A stretch of DNA of 62,439 nt, filler included, from Chiloscyllium plagiosum (lineage: Eukaryota): NCBI RefSeq assembly GCF_004010195.1. It is 5 parts of one record of this genome, joined end to end, with 100 filler letters (N's around TTAATTAATTAA, not from the genome) between each part and the next. Parts side by side here need not be neighbours in the genome. Positions count along the whole stretch, not along the records: positions 45,600 to 55,611 come from NC_057711.1; positions 55,712 to 62,439 come from NC_057711.1; 3 more parts are not named here. One strand, 5' to 3'. A program made the position numbers and the translations under genes. This document shows, one piece after another, positions 50,370-62,439 of the stretch. The notes below the pieces were generated by a model. It was not told the DNA's origin and searched no databases. It worked only from the letters and a program-made list of their open reading frames with translations. The stretch's first letter is position 1, and every line of letters starts with the position of its first letter.

Positions 50370-51085
50370 TAAAGACATAGCAACCAGGAGCAGGAGTAGG
50401 CCATTCAGCCCTTCGAGCCTGCTCCACCATTCAATAAGATCATGGTTGATCATCCAACTCAGTTCCCTGTTCCTGCTTTCTCCTCCAAATCTTTCGGTCC
50501 TAAGAACTATATCCACATCTTTCTTGAAGATGTTGTGGTTTTGACTGATTTCTGTAGCAGTGAATTCCACAGGCTCAGCACTCTCTGGGTGAAGACATTT
50601 CTCCTCATAGAGTCATAGAGATGTATAACACGGAAACAGACCCTTCAGTCCAACCCATCCATGCCGACCAGATATCCCAAACTAATCTAGTCCCACTTGC
50701 CAGCACCCAGACAGCATCCCTCCAAACCCTTCCTATTCACATACCCATCTGGGTGCCTTTTAAATGTTGCAATTGTACCAGCCTCCACCACTTCCTCTGG
50801 CAGCTCATTCCATACACGTACCACCCTCTCTGTGAAAAGGTTACCCCTTAGGTCTCTTTTATATCTTTCCCCTCTCACCCTAAACCTATGCCTCTAGTTC
50901 TGAACTCCCACATCCCAGGGAAGAGACTTTGTCTATTTATCCTGTCCATGTGCCCTCATGATTTTATAAACCTCATCTCGGTCCCAAATGGCCTACCCGG
51001 ATTCTCAGACCATGAGCCCTGGTTCTATACTCCCTGGTCATTAGGGACACCCTTCCTGCATTTATCTTGTCTAATCCTATTAGAA
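50370..51085 (-). mobile_element. Nested CR1 3' ends (a younger copy at ~50605-50972 inside an older one)
   Basis: RYKRDLRGNLFTERVVRVWNELP on the minus strand, inserted within another CR1 3' segment. Confidence 0.8.
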
Positions 51086-51525
51086 CGAGCTCCCGTCCGT
51101 TACTGGATTCAAGAAGGAGATGGATATAGTACTTAGGGGATGGAGCAGAAAGCAAGAATAGGGGACTGAACAGCACGATCATGTTGAATGGAGCAGCGGG
51201 TTCAAAGGGCCGAATGGCCTTTTCCCCTTATTTCCCACTGAGAATTAATTCACAGTGCAGTCCATGCACCTCTCAATGGAGTAATACCTTACAACACAGC
51301 TGCTGTATCACACAGAATCACAGAAACCAACGGACTGGAAAGAGGACACTCAGAAATGTAATGACTGAGAGGCCCACGCTGGACCCAGTGAACGGTGTTG
51401 CTGCGAGTTTGTAGCAATACCACCCCCCACCCTTAAGCTGATTCCCCCACTCCCCCCCTCCGTCCCCACCCCCAGACAATCAAATACAGGCAAGTGAGTC
51501 AGTTTAAATCACAGAGAGGTCATAC

Positions 51526-51571
51526 CTGCTACGGGCGAAGGCTTCCGAAGCACCAGCCATCTACTCTTCCA
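51526..51571 (-). CDS. DOK7: DOK7 coding exon 2 (46 nt, start of PH domain)
   Basis: ggtacag acceptor and CAG|GTATGA donor. Encodes WKSRWLVLRKPSPVA, as in human DOK7. In phase with exon 1 across a 155-nt intron. Confidence 0.93.
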
Positions 51572-51726
51572 CTGTACCGGGAACCGAGTGTATGTGTATA
51601 TGTGTGTGTGTATGTGTGTGCGTATGTGTGTGAGGGGAAGGAAAAGACAACAGTCAATAAAGCATCCCGCATACACAAAACATGAAATCCACAAACTGTT
51701 CGATCCCCGACGGCAGATCCACAAAC

Positions 51727-51780
51727 CTTTTTTCCGTCTCTCAATTTTACTTGTCCTTCCGCGACAACCGAATCCGTCAT
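51727..51780 (-). CDS. DOK7: Docking protein 7 (Dok-7, MuSK activator), coding exon 1 (54 nt)
   Basis: Encodes MTDSVVAEGQVKLRDGKK, close to the human DOK7 N-terminus MTEAALVEGQVKLRDGKK. Followed by an AAG|GTTTGT donor. Confidence 0.93.
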
Positions 51781-53211
51781 CTTCAGTCATGATTTAAACA
51801 GCTGCAAACTCTCAGGGTCACTTTCAAAATAGCTCACTGAGTTGTGCGATCCCAGAGCCCTGACTAGACCAGAGCTAACAGTGAGCACTCTCACTGACGC
51901 CTCTCCACCTCCCCCCTCCCCACCTTCCAGCGACACCACCTACCAGCCCCATGTGTGAAACAGCACTCCCTTCTTAAAGGGGAAGACCTCTGAGTTGTAC
52001 AGCACACAAGAGGCCCTTTGGCCCATTGAAGCTTTACACTAATCCTATTCACTAGCACTTGGCCTGTGGCCTTGAAAGTTACAAATGCTCATCAAAGTAC
52101 TTTTAAAGGCTGTGAGGTTTCCCGTCTCATCTACTCTCCGAGACAGTGAATTCTAGACCCCAACCACACTCTGAGTGAAAAAGGTTTTCCTCAACTTCCC
52201 TCAAAACCTCCTGCCTTTCACCTTCAATCCGTGTCCCCTCCTTGTTGGCCCTTTAACTAAAACTGAACAGCTACTTTCAGGGTTAGCGTTAATGCAAAAC
52301 ACATTGCCTCTTCACAAATCTGCTGAAAAATGTCTTTACTCATTGATGTTTGCTTTATTTTTAGTTATGCGGAATTTTCTATTAGTTCATTTATAAATTT
52401 GGGCATCGCTGGCTGGACCAGCATTTATTGTCTGTCCCTAGCTCCCCCTTGAGAAGGTGGGGATGAGCTGCCTTCTTGAACCGCTACAGTCCATGTGCTG
52501 TAGGTAGACCCACAATGCCCTTGGGGAGGGAATTTCAGGATTTTGGCCCAGCGACACTGACAGAATGGTGATATATGGATGCATAGGATGGGAAGGAAAT
52601 TGCAGGGATGGGCACACTTGAGGAATAGCTACAGTGGGCCCTTGATAAGTATATGCCTGTCAGGCAAGGACGTAGTTGCCGAGAGAGGGGGTCATTGTTT
52701 ACTAAAGAAGTTGAAGCTCTTGTCAAGAGGAAGAAGGATTATGTGAGGATGAGGCATGAAGGCTCAGTTAGGGGGCGTGAGAGTTATAAGTTAGCCAGAA
52801 AAGATGTAACAAGAGGGCTAAGGGGAACCAGGAAGAGACATGAGAGATTGTTGGTGGATAGGATCAAGGAAAACCCTAAGGTTTTCTATAGGTATATCAG
52901 GAATAAAAGAATGACTAGAGTAAGATTAGGACCAATCAAAGATAGCAGTGGGAAGTTGTGTGTGGAATCTGAGGACATAGGGGAAGCGCTTAATGAAATA
53001 TTTTCGTCAGTATTCACAATGGAAAAGGGCAATGTTAGTGAGAATACGGAGATACAGGCCCCTGGATTAGATGGGATTGAGGTTGACAAAGAGGAGGTTT
53101 TAGCAATTTTGGAAGATCTGAAAGTAGATGAGACCCCTGGGCCGGATGGGATTTATCCTCAGATTCTCTGGAAAGCCAGGGAGGAGATTGCAGAGCCTTT
53201 AGCTTCAATCT

Positions 53212-53510
53212 TTAGATTAGACTCCCCACAGTATGGAAACAGGCCCTTCAGCCCAAGTCCACATCACCCCTCGAAGAGTAACCCACCCAGATCTATTCCC
53301 CACATTTACCCCGACTAACAAACCTAACACTATAAACAATTTGGCATGGCCAATTCACCTGGCCTGCACATCTTTGGACTGTGGGAGGAAACCCACACAG
53401 ACACAGGGACAATGTGCAAACTCCACACAGACAGTTGCCTGAGGCTGGAATCAAACCCAGGTCCCTGGCACTGTGAGGCAGCAGTGCTAACCACTGAGCC
53501 ATCGTGCCGC
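53212..53510 (-). mobile_element. HE1-type SINE nested in a CR1 LINE
   Basis: Interrupts CR1 ORF2 just after EIAEPLASIF. Confidence 0.88.
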
Positions 53511-54138
53511 TTTATGATATCAGAGTAGTGCCAAAACACCAGAGGATAGCAAATGTTGTTCCCTTGTTTAAGAAGGGGAGTCGGGACAGCCCTGGTAATT
53601 ACTTCGGTTATGGGTAAGGTGTTGGAAAAGGTTATAAGAGATAAGATTTATAATAATCTGGAAAGAAATAACTTGATTAGGAATAGTCAACACGGTTTTG
53701 TGAAGGGTAGGTTGTGCCATACTAATCTTATTGAGTTCTTCAAGAAGGTGACAAAACAGGTGGATGAAGGTAAAGTGGTTGATGTAGTGTATATGGACTT
53801 CAGTAAGGCATTTGATAAGGTGCCACGTTATAGGCTGTAGCACAAAATACAGAGTTTTGGGATTGAAGGTGATTTAGCAGTTTGGATCAGAAATTGGCTC
53901 GCTGAAAGAAGGCAGAGGGTGGTGGTTGTTGGGAAATGTTCGTCGTGGAGCTCAGTTACCAGTGGCATGCCACAAGGATCTTTTTTGGGGCCAATGCTGT
54001 TTGTCATTTTTATAAATGATCTGGAGGTGAACTTAGAAGGATGGGTTAGTAAATTTGCAGATGACATTAAAATAGGCAGAGTTGTGGATAGTGCCGAAGG
54101 ATGTTATGGGTTACAGAGCGACATAGGTAAGATGCAGA

Positions 54139-54436
54139 GCTCTTCCTCCAGGCGTCGTGTTGCCATGGTCTGGCGATGGAGGAGGCCAAGGACCTGCATG
54201 TCCTTGGCGGAGTGGGAGGGGGAGTTAAAGTGTTCAGTCATGGGGCGGTTGGGTTGGTTGGTGCGGGTCCTGGAGGAAGAGCGCCTCATCCTCCGCCTAG
54301 GAACCCTCCAACCACAAGGGATGAATGTAGATTTCTCCAGCTTCCTCATTTCCCCTCCCCCCACCTTATCTCAGTCCTTTCCAGCAACACATTTTCAGCT
54401 CTGATCTCCAGCATCTGCAGTCCTCACTTTCTCCTC
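54139..54436. mobile_element. 5'-inverted Penelope fragment nested in CR1
   Basis: Minus-strand GIY-YIG segment (54139-54269) joined to a plus-strand continuation ctggaggaagagcgcctc... and a partial terminal repeat. Confidence 0.85.
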
Positions 54437-55462
54437 GAGAGATCTCGGTGTCCAGGTATATTAATCCCTGAAAGTTGCCAGTTGCGTTGTTAAGAAGGCA
54501 TATGGTGTGTTGGCGTTTATTGGTAGGGGAATTGAGTTTCAGAGCCATGAGGTCATGCTTCAGCTGTACAAGACTCTGGTAAGGCGGCACCTGGAGTATT
54601 GCGTGCGATTCTGCTCACTGCATTATAGGAAGGATGTGGAAAGCTTCGGAAAGGGTTCAGAGGAGATTGCTAAGATGTTGCCTGGTATGGAGAGAAGGTC
54701 TTATGAGGAAAGGCTGAGGGAACTGAGGCTGTTTTCGTTGGAGAGAAGAAGGTTGAGAGGTGATTTAATCGAGACATATAAGATAATCAGAGGGTTAGAT
54801 AGGGTGGACAGTGAGAGCCTTTTTCCTTGGATGGTGAGGGCTAACACAAAGGGACATAGCTTTAAATTGAGGGGTGATAGATTTAGGACAGGGGTGAGAG
54901 GTAGTTTCTTCACTCAGAGAGTAGTAGGGACAAGGAACAGCCTGCCTGCAACAGTAGTGAACTCACCGACATTAAGGACATTCAAATGGGTATTGGAGAT
55001 ACATATGGATAATAATGGAATGGTGTAGGTTAGATGGGGATCAGAGTAATTTCACAGGTCGGTGCAACATCGAGGGCCGAAGGGCCTGTACAGCGCTGTA
55101 ACGTTCTATGTTCTATATTTCCAAGTCAGGATGGTGAGTGGCCCGGAGGAGAACTTACAAGCGGTGTTGCCATGACTCCTATCCCACACATGTTCCTTTC
55201 ATTAGTTTGAGGGGTATCAGGCATCACCAAAAATATCAGCATTTGTTGCCTATCGCTACTTGCCCTTGGAGAAGGTGGCAGTGGTGTCTGATTTATTGAA
55301 CCTATAGGTCTATGTCTGTTAGGAAGGAACTGCCTTCATCACACGGACTGCAGCAGTGGGTTCAAACCTTCTCAAGGGTGGTTAGAGATGGCAGTGTGTG
55401 TGATACCAACCTCCCAGAAACAAGTGCACAAACGGTCACTTCTCAACAGAAGCACCTTTTCA

Positions 55463-55611
55463 GACACTCATACACACTCACACACACCCTCATACACACT
55501 CACACACACCCTGATACACACTCACACACACTCATTCACGCTCGCTCACACACCCTCATACATACTCACACACACCCTCATACACACACACACGCATACA
55601 CACTCACATGC
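55463..55611. repeat. CA-rich degenerate tandem repeat
   Basis: cacactcacacacaccctcata-like units running into a gap. Confidence 0.85.
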
Positions 55612-55711
55612 NNNNNNNNNNNNNNNNNNNNNNNNNNNNNNNNNNNNNNNNNNNNTTAATTAATTAANNNNNNNNNNNNNNNNNNNNNNNNNNNNNNNNN
55701 NNNNNNNNNNN

Positions 55712-58700
55712 TGGGAGACCGCCTCACTGGGAGACCATCACACTGGGAGACGCCACACTGGGAGACCGCCACACTGGGAGACCGCCACACTGGGAGACCA
55801 TCACACTGGGAGACCATCACACTCGGAGACCATCACACTCGGAGACCGCCTGACTGGGAGACCGCCATACTGGGAGATCATCACACTGGAAGACCATCAC
55901 ACTGGGAGACCACCACACTGGGAGACCATCACACTGGGAGACCACCACACTGGGAGACCATCACACTGGGAGACCATCACACTGGGAGACCGCCACACTG
56001 GGAGACCGCCTCACTGGGAGACCATCACAATGGGAGACCACCACACTGGGAGACCACCACACTGGGAGACCATCACACTGGGAGACCACTACACTGGGAG
56101 ACCATCACACTGGGAGACCGTCACACTGGGAGACCATCACACTGGGAGACCATCACATTCGGAGACCATCACACTCGGAGACCGCCTCACTGGGAGACCG
56201 CCACACTGGGAGACCATCACACTGGGAGACCGCCTCACTGGGAGACCGTCACACTGGGAGACCGCCTCACTGGGAGACCATCACACTGGGAGACCGACTC
56301 ACTGGGAGACCATCACACTGGGAGACCACCACACTGGGAGACCATCACACTGGGAGACCACCACACTGGGAGACCTTCACACTGGGAGACCATCACACTG
56401 GGAGACCATCACACTGAGAGACCATCACACTGGGAGACCATCACACTGGGAGACAACCACACTGAGAGACCATCACACTGGGAGACCGCCACACTGGAGG
56501 CCATCACACTGGGAGACCATCACACTGGGAGAACATCACACTGAGAGACCATCACACTGGGAGACCATCACACTGGGAGACCCCCTCACTGGGAGACCGC
56601 CTCATTGGGAGGCCATCACACTGGGAGACGGCCACACTGGGAGACCATCACACTGGGAGACAGCCTCACTGGGAGACCATCACACTGGGAGACGGCCACA
56701 CTGGGAGACCATCACACTTGGAGACCATCACACTGGGAGACAATCACACTGGGAGACCATCACTCTGGGAGACCGCCTCACTGGGAGACCGCCTCACTGG
56801 GAGAAGGGCTCACTGGGAGAATGCCACACTGAGATACCATCACACTGGGAGACCGCCACAGTGGGAGACCATCACACTCGGAGACCATCACACTGGGAGA
56901 ACGCCTGACTGGGAGACCGCCACACTGGGAGACCATCACGCTGGGAGACCGCCACACTGGGAGACCGCCTCACTGGGAGACCATCACACTGGGAGACCAC
57001 CACACTGGGAGACCATCACACTGGGAGACCACCACACTGGGAGACCATCACACTGGAAGACCATCACACTGGGAGACCATCACACTGGGAGACGGCCACA
57101 CTGGGAGACCATCACACTGGGAGACCATCACACTGGGAGACAGCCTTACAGGGAGACCATCACACTGGGAGTCGGCCACACTGGGAGACCATCACACTGG
57201 GAGACCGTCACACTGGGAGACTGTCACACTGGGAGACAATCACACTGGGAGACCATCACACTCGGAGACCATCACACTGGGAGACCGCCTGACTGGGAGA
57301 CCGCCACACTGGGAGACCATCACACTGGGAGACCGCCACACTGGTAGACCGCCACACTGGGAGACCATCACACTGGGAGACCACCACACTGGGAGACCAT
57401 CACACTGGGAGACCACCACACCGGGAGACCATCACACTGGGAGACCATCACACTGAGAGACTATCACACTGGGAGACCATCACACTGGGAGACCACCACA
57501 CTGAGAGACCATCACACTGGGAGACCGCCACACTGGGAGACCATCACACTGGGAGACCATCACACTGGGAGACCATCACACTGAGAGACCATCACACTGG
57601 GAGACCATCACACTGGGAGACCGCCTCACTGGGAGACCGCCTCATTGGGAGGCCATCACACTGGGAGACGGCAACACTGGGAGTCCGCCTCACTGGGAGA
57701 CCATCACACTGGGGGACCATCACACTGGGAGACCATCACACTCGGAGACCATCACACTCGGAGACCGCCTGACTGGGAGACCGCCACACTGGGAGACCAT
57801 CACACTGGGAGACCGCCACACTGGGAGACCGCCACACTGGGAGACCATCACACTGGGAGACCATCACACTGGGAGACCACCACACTGGGAGACCATCACA
57901 CTAGGAGACCACTACACTGGGAGACCATCACACTGGGAGACCATCACACTCGGAGACCATCACACTGGGAGACCGCCTCACTGGGAGACCGCCACACTGA
58001 GAGACCATCACACTGGGAGACCGCCACACTGGGAGACCGACTCACTGGGAGACCATCACACTGGGAGACGGCCACACTGGGAGACCATCACACTGGGAGA
58101 CCATCACACTGGGAGACCGCCATACTGGGAGACCATCACACTGGGAGACCATCACACTGGGAGACTGCCACACTGGGAGACCGCCACACTGGGAGACTGC
58201 CACACTGGGTGACCGCCTCACTGGGAGACCATCACACTGGGAGACAGCCTCACTGGGAGACCATCACACTGGGAGACCGCCACACTGGGAGACCATCACA
58301 CTGGGAGACCATCACGCTGGGAGACTGCCACACTGGGAGACCGCCACACTGGGAGACCACCTCACTGGGAGACCATCACACTGTGAGACCATCACACTGG
58401 GAGACCATCAGACTGGGAGACCATCACACTGGGAGACCCCCACACTGGGGGACCATCACACTGGGAGACCATCACACTGGGAGACCGCCACACTGGGAGA
58501 CCATCACACTGGGAGACCATCACACTGGGAGACCATCACACTGGGAGACCGCCACACTGGGAGACCATCTCACTGGGAGATCATCACACTGGGAGACCGT
58601 CACACTGAGAGACCATCACACTGGGGGACCATCACACTGGGAGACCGCCACACTGGGAGACCGCCACACTGGGAGACCACCTCACTGGGAGACCACCTCA

Positions 58701-61700
58701 CTGGGAGACCATCAGACTGGGAGACCGCCACATTGGGAGACCGCCACACTGGGAGACCATCACACTCGGAGACCATCATACTGGGAGATCCCCACACTGG
58801 GGGACCATCACACTGGGAGACCGCCACACTGGGAGACCATCACACTGGGAGACCATCTCACTGGGAGATCATCACACTGGGAGACCATCACACTGGGAGA
58901 CCATCACACTGGGAGACCATCACACTGGGAGACTGCCACACTGGGAGACCATCACACTGGGAGACTCCCACACTGGGAGTTAATCACACTGGGAGACCGC
59001 CTCACTGGGAGACCGCCTCACTGGGACACCGCCTCACTGGGAGACAGCCACCTTGGGAGACCATCACACTGGGAGACCACCTCACTGGGGGAACATCACA
59101 CTGGGAGACCATCACACTGGGAGACCGCCTCACTGGGAGACCGCCTCACTGGGAGACCACCACAAAGGGAGACCATGACACTGGGACACTGCCACACTGG
59201 GAGACCGCCACACTGGGAGACTGACACACTGGGAGACCGCCTCACTGGGAGACCGCCTCACTGGGAGACCGCCTCACTGGGAGACCATCACACTGGGAGA
59301 CCATCACACGGGGAGACCATCACACTGGGAGACTGCCACACTGGGAGACTGCCACACTGGGAGACCGCCTCACTGGGAGACCATCACACTGGGAGACCGC
59401 CACACTGGGAGACCATCACACTGGGCGACCATCACACTGGGAGACCGCCACACTGGGAGACCGCCACACTGGGAGACCGCCACACTGGGAGACCATCACA
59501 CTGGGAGACCATCACACTGGTAGACCGCCTCACTGGGAGACAATCACACTGGGAGACCATCACACTGGGAGACCATCACACTGGGAGACCATCACAATGG
59601 GAGACCATCACACTGGGAGACTGCCACACCGGGAGACCATCACAATGGGAGACCGCCACACTGGGAGACCATCACACTGGGAGACCGCCTCACTGGGAGA
59701 CCGCCTCACTGGGAGACTGCCACACTGGGAGACCACCACACTGGGAGACCACCTCACTGGGAGACCACCACAAAGGGAGACCATGACACTGGGACACTGC
59801 CACACTGGGAGACCGCCACACTGGGAGACTGGCACACTGGGAGACCGCCTCACTGGGAGACCATCACACTGGGAGACCATCACACGGGGAGACCATCACA
59901 ATGGGAGACCATCACAATGGGAGACCATCACACTGGGAGACCGCCACACTGGGAGACTGCCACACTGGGAGACCGCCCCACTGGGAGACCATCACACTGG
60001 GAGACAGCCTCACTGGGAGACCATCACACTGGGAGACCGCCACAGTGGGAGACCATCACACTGGGAGACCATCACACTGGGAGACCGCCACACTGGGAGA
60101 CCGCCACACTGGGAGACCACCTCACTGGGAGATCATCACACTGGGAGACCATCACACTGGGAGATCATCACACTGGGAGACCATCACACTGGAAGACCAT
60201 CACACTGGGAGACTGCCACACTGGGAGACAATCACACTGGGAGACCGCCACACTGGGACACCACCTCACTGGGAGACCATCACACTGTGAGACCATCACA
60301 CTGGGAGACCGCCACACTGGGAGAATGCCACACCGGGAGACCATCACACTGGGAGACCCCCACACTGGGGGACCATCACACTGGGAGACCATCACACTGG
60401 GAGACCACCACACTGGGAGACCATCACACTGGGAGACCACCACACTGGGAGACCATCACACTGGGAGACCACCACACTGGGAGACCATCACACTGGGAGA
60501 CCACCACACTGGGAGACCATCACACTGGGAGACCACCACACTGGGAGACCATCACACTGGGAGACCACCACACTGGGAGACCATCACACTGGGAGACCAC
60601 CACACTGGGAGACCATCACACTGGGAGACCACCACACTGGGAGACCATCACACTGGGAGACCACCACACTGGGAGACCATCACACTGGGAGACCACCACA
60701 CTGGGAGACCATCACACTGGGAGACCACCACACTGGGAGACCATCACACTGGGAGACCACCACACTGGGAGACCATCACACTGGGAGACCACCACACTGG
60801 GAGACCATCACACTGGGAGACCACCACACTGGGAGACCATCACACTGGGAGACCACCACACTGGGAGACCATCACACTGGGAGACCACCACACTGGGAGA
60901 CCATCACACTGGGAGACCACCACACTGGGAGACCATCACACTGGGAGACCGCCACACTGGGAGANNNNNNNNNNNNNNNNNNNNNNNNNNNNNNNNNNNN
61001 NNNNNNNNNNNNNNNNNNNNNNNNNNNNNNNNNNNNNNNNNNNNNNNNNNNNNNNNNNNNNNNNNNNNNNNNNNNNNNNNNNNNNNNNNNNNNNNNNNNN
61101 NNNNNNNNNNNNNNNNNNNNNNNNNNNNNNNNNNNNNNNNNNNNNNNNNNNNNNNNNNNNNNNNNNNNNNNNNNNNNNNNNNNNNNNNNNNNNNNNNNNN
61201 NNNNNNNNNNNNNNNNNNNNNNNNNNNNNNNNNNNNNNNNNNNNNNNNNNNNNNNNNNNNNNNNNNNNNNNNNNNNNNNNNNNNNNNNNNNNNNNNNNNN
61301 NNNNNNNNNNNNNNNNNNNNNNNNNNNNNNNNNNNNNNNNNNNNNNNNNNNNNNNNNNNNNNNNNNNNNNNNNNNNNNNNNNNNNNNNNNNNNNNNNNNN
61401 NNNNNNNNNNNNNNNNNNNNNNNNNNNNNNNNNNNNNNNNNNNNNNNNNNNNNNNNNNNNNNNNNNNNNNNNNNNNNNNNNNNNNNNNNNNNNNNNNNNN
61501 NNNNNNNNNNNNNNNNNNNNNNNNNNNNNNNNNNNNNNNNNNNNNNNNNNNNNNNNNNNNNNNNNNNNNNNNNNNNNNNNNNNNNNNNNNNNNNNNNNNN
61601 NNNNNNNNNNNNNNNNNNNNNNNNNNNNNNNNNNNNNNNNNNNNNNNNNNNNGAGACCACCACACTGGGAGACCATCACACTGAGAGACCACCACACTGG

Positions 61701-61969
61701 GAGACCATCACACTGAGAGACCACCACACTGGGAGACTGCCACACAGGGAGTCTGCCACACTGGGAGACCGCCTCACTGGGAGACCGCCACACTGGGAGA
61801 CCGCCTCACTGGGAGACCGCCTCACTGGGAGACTGCCACACTGGGAGACTGCCACACTGGGAGACCATCACACTGAGAGACCACCACACTGGGAGACCAT
61901 CACACTGAGAGACCACCACACTGGGAGACTGCCACACTGGGAGACTGCCACACTGGGAGACTGCCACAC
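55712..61969. repeat. 16-bp minisatellite (consensus CTGGGAGACCATCACA), about 350 sequenced units, internal gap 60965-61652
   Basis: Directly visible tandem array with a constant CACTGGGAGA core and variable CCATCA/CCGCCA/CCACCA/CCGCCT/CTGCCA segment. Confidence 0.98.
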
Positions 61970-62439
61970 CTGGTACCAAGGTCTATACCGCTATTCTGGG
62001 CCATTGCAAGCCACGTCATTGCTGGGCCTGGGCTGGTAGAAGACACTTTCTGCCCAGTTCATTAAAAGAAAAGGGATAACAATAAATGGAAACATTTAAA
62101 AGAATATATAGAAAGAAAAGAAACGGAAAGCTGACGGTGTGGATATCTCAGAGCTGTTGGACACAAGTTGCGCTGCTACTCAACCGCCATCTTGAAAACA
62201 AAAGCTATGCATAAGGATAAGTCTGGTCCTTAACTGAAAATGCTCAATTGGAGGAAAGCTAATTACAACAGTATTAAAGATTCATACAGCGCAAAAGAAA
62301 CCCTTTAGCCCATCAAGTGTGCATTGACAATAACTAATACTAGAGGCGTGCTAATCCCAATTCCCTGCGTTTGTCCCATATCCTTGAATGTTAAGATATT
62401 TGAAATGCTCATTTGATTTTTTTTAAAGTTTGTAAGATT

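Larger units (their letters stand above)
52590..55115 (+). mobile_element. CR1 LINE ORF2/RT and 3' end, disrupted, with nested SINE and Penelope
   Basis: IKENPKVFYRYI, TPGPDGIYP, QHGFVKGRLCHTNLIEFF, VYMDFSKAFDKVP, GMPQGSFLGP, SKFADD, RRLRGDLIETYKI motifs; tail gttctatgttctat. Confidence 0.95.

Noticed and set aside
56030..61716. Very long His-rich ORFs (up to 713 aa)
   Set aside because: Explained by a stop-free 16-bp unit; they start at chance variant codons, recur in all frames, have no splice or promoter context, and some run through N gaps.
55712..61969. CRISPR-like constant/variable array
   Set aside because: The variable part is only ~6 nt drawn from a few related variants, with no unique spacers and no cas genes, in vertebrate DNA.

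Overview
Vertebrate genomic DNA, almost certainly from an elasmobranch (shark): it carries nine HE1-type tRNA-derived SINEs and dense CR1, Penelope, RTE, Rex/Babar and Gypsy debris. The window is from a gapped draft scaffold. Host genes: LRPAP1 coding exons 1-2 (+, 37936-38133 and 44120-44264) and DOK7 coding exons 1-2 (-, 51780-51727 and 51571-51526), arranged convergently as in human. I could not find the remaining exons of either gene; they probably lie in the nominal 100-bp gap at 45500-45599. Head-to-head with LRPAP1, across a promoter with ZNF143/NRF1/CRE motifs, I infer an unrecognised spliced minus-strand gene encoding a ~201-aa basic protein (33840-33604 joined to 25314-24946). Other notable structure: many Penelope terminal repeats carrying minimal hammerhead-ribozyme motifs, several of them short fold-back insertions with target-site duplications; an out-of-frame upstream ATG overlapping the DOK7 start; a ~165-bp direct duplication bracketing the LRPAP1 promoter and exon 1; and a >5.5-kb 16-bp minisatellite upstream of DOK7. 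No searches were run. Gene names come from recognising the translated peptides and exon sizes, and repeat boundaries are approximate.
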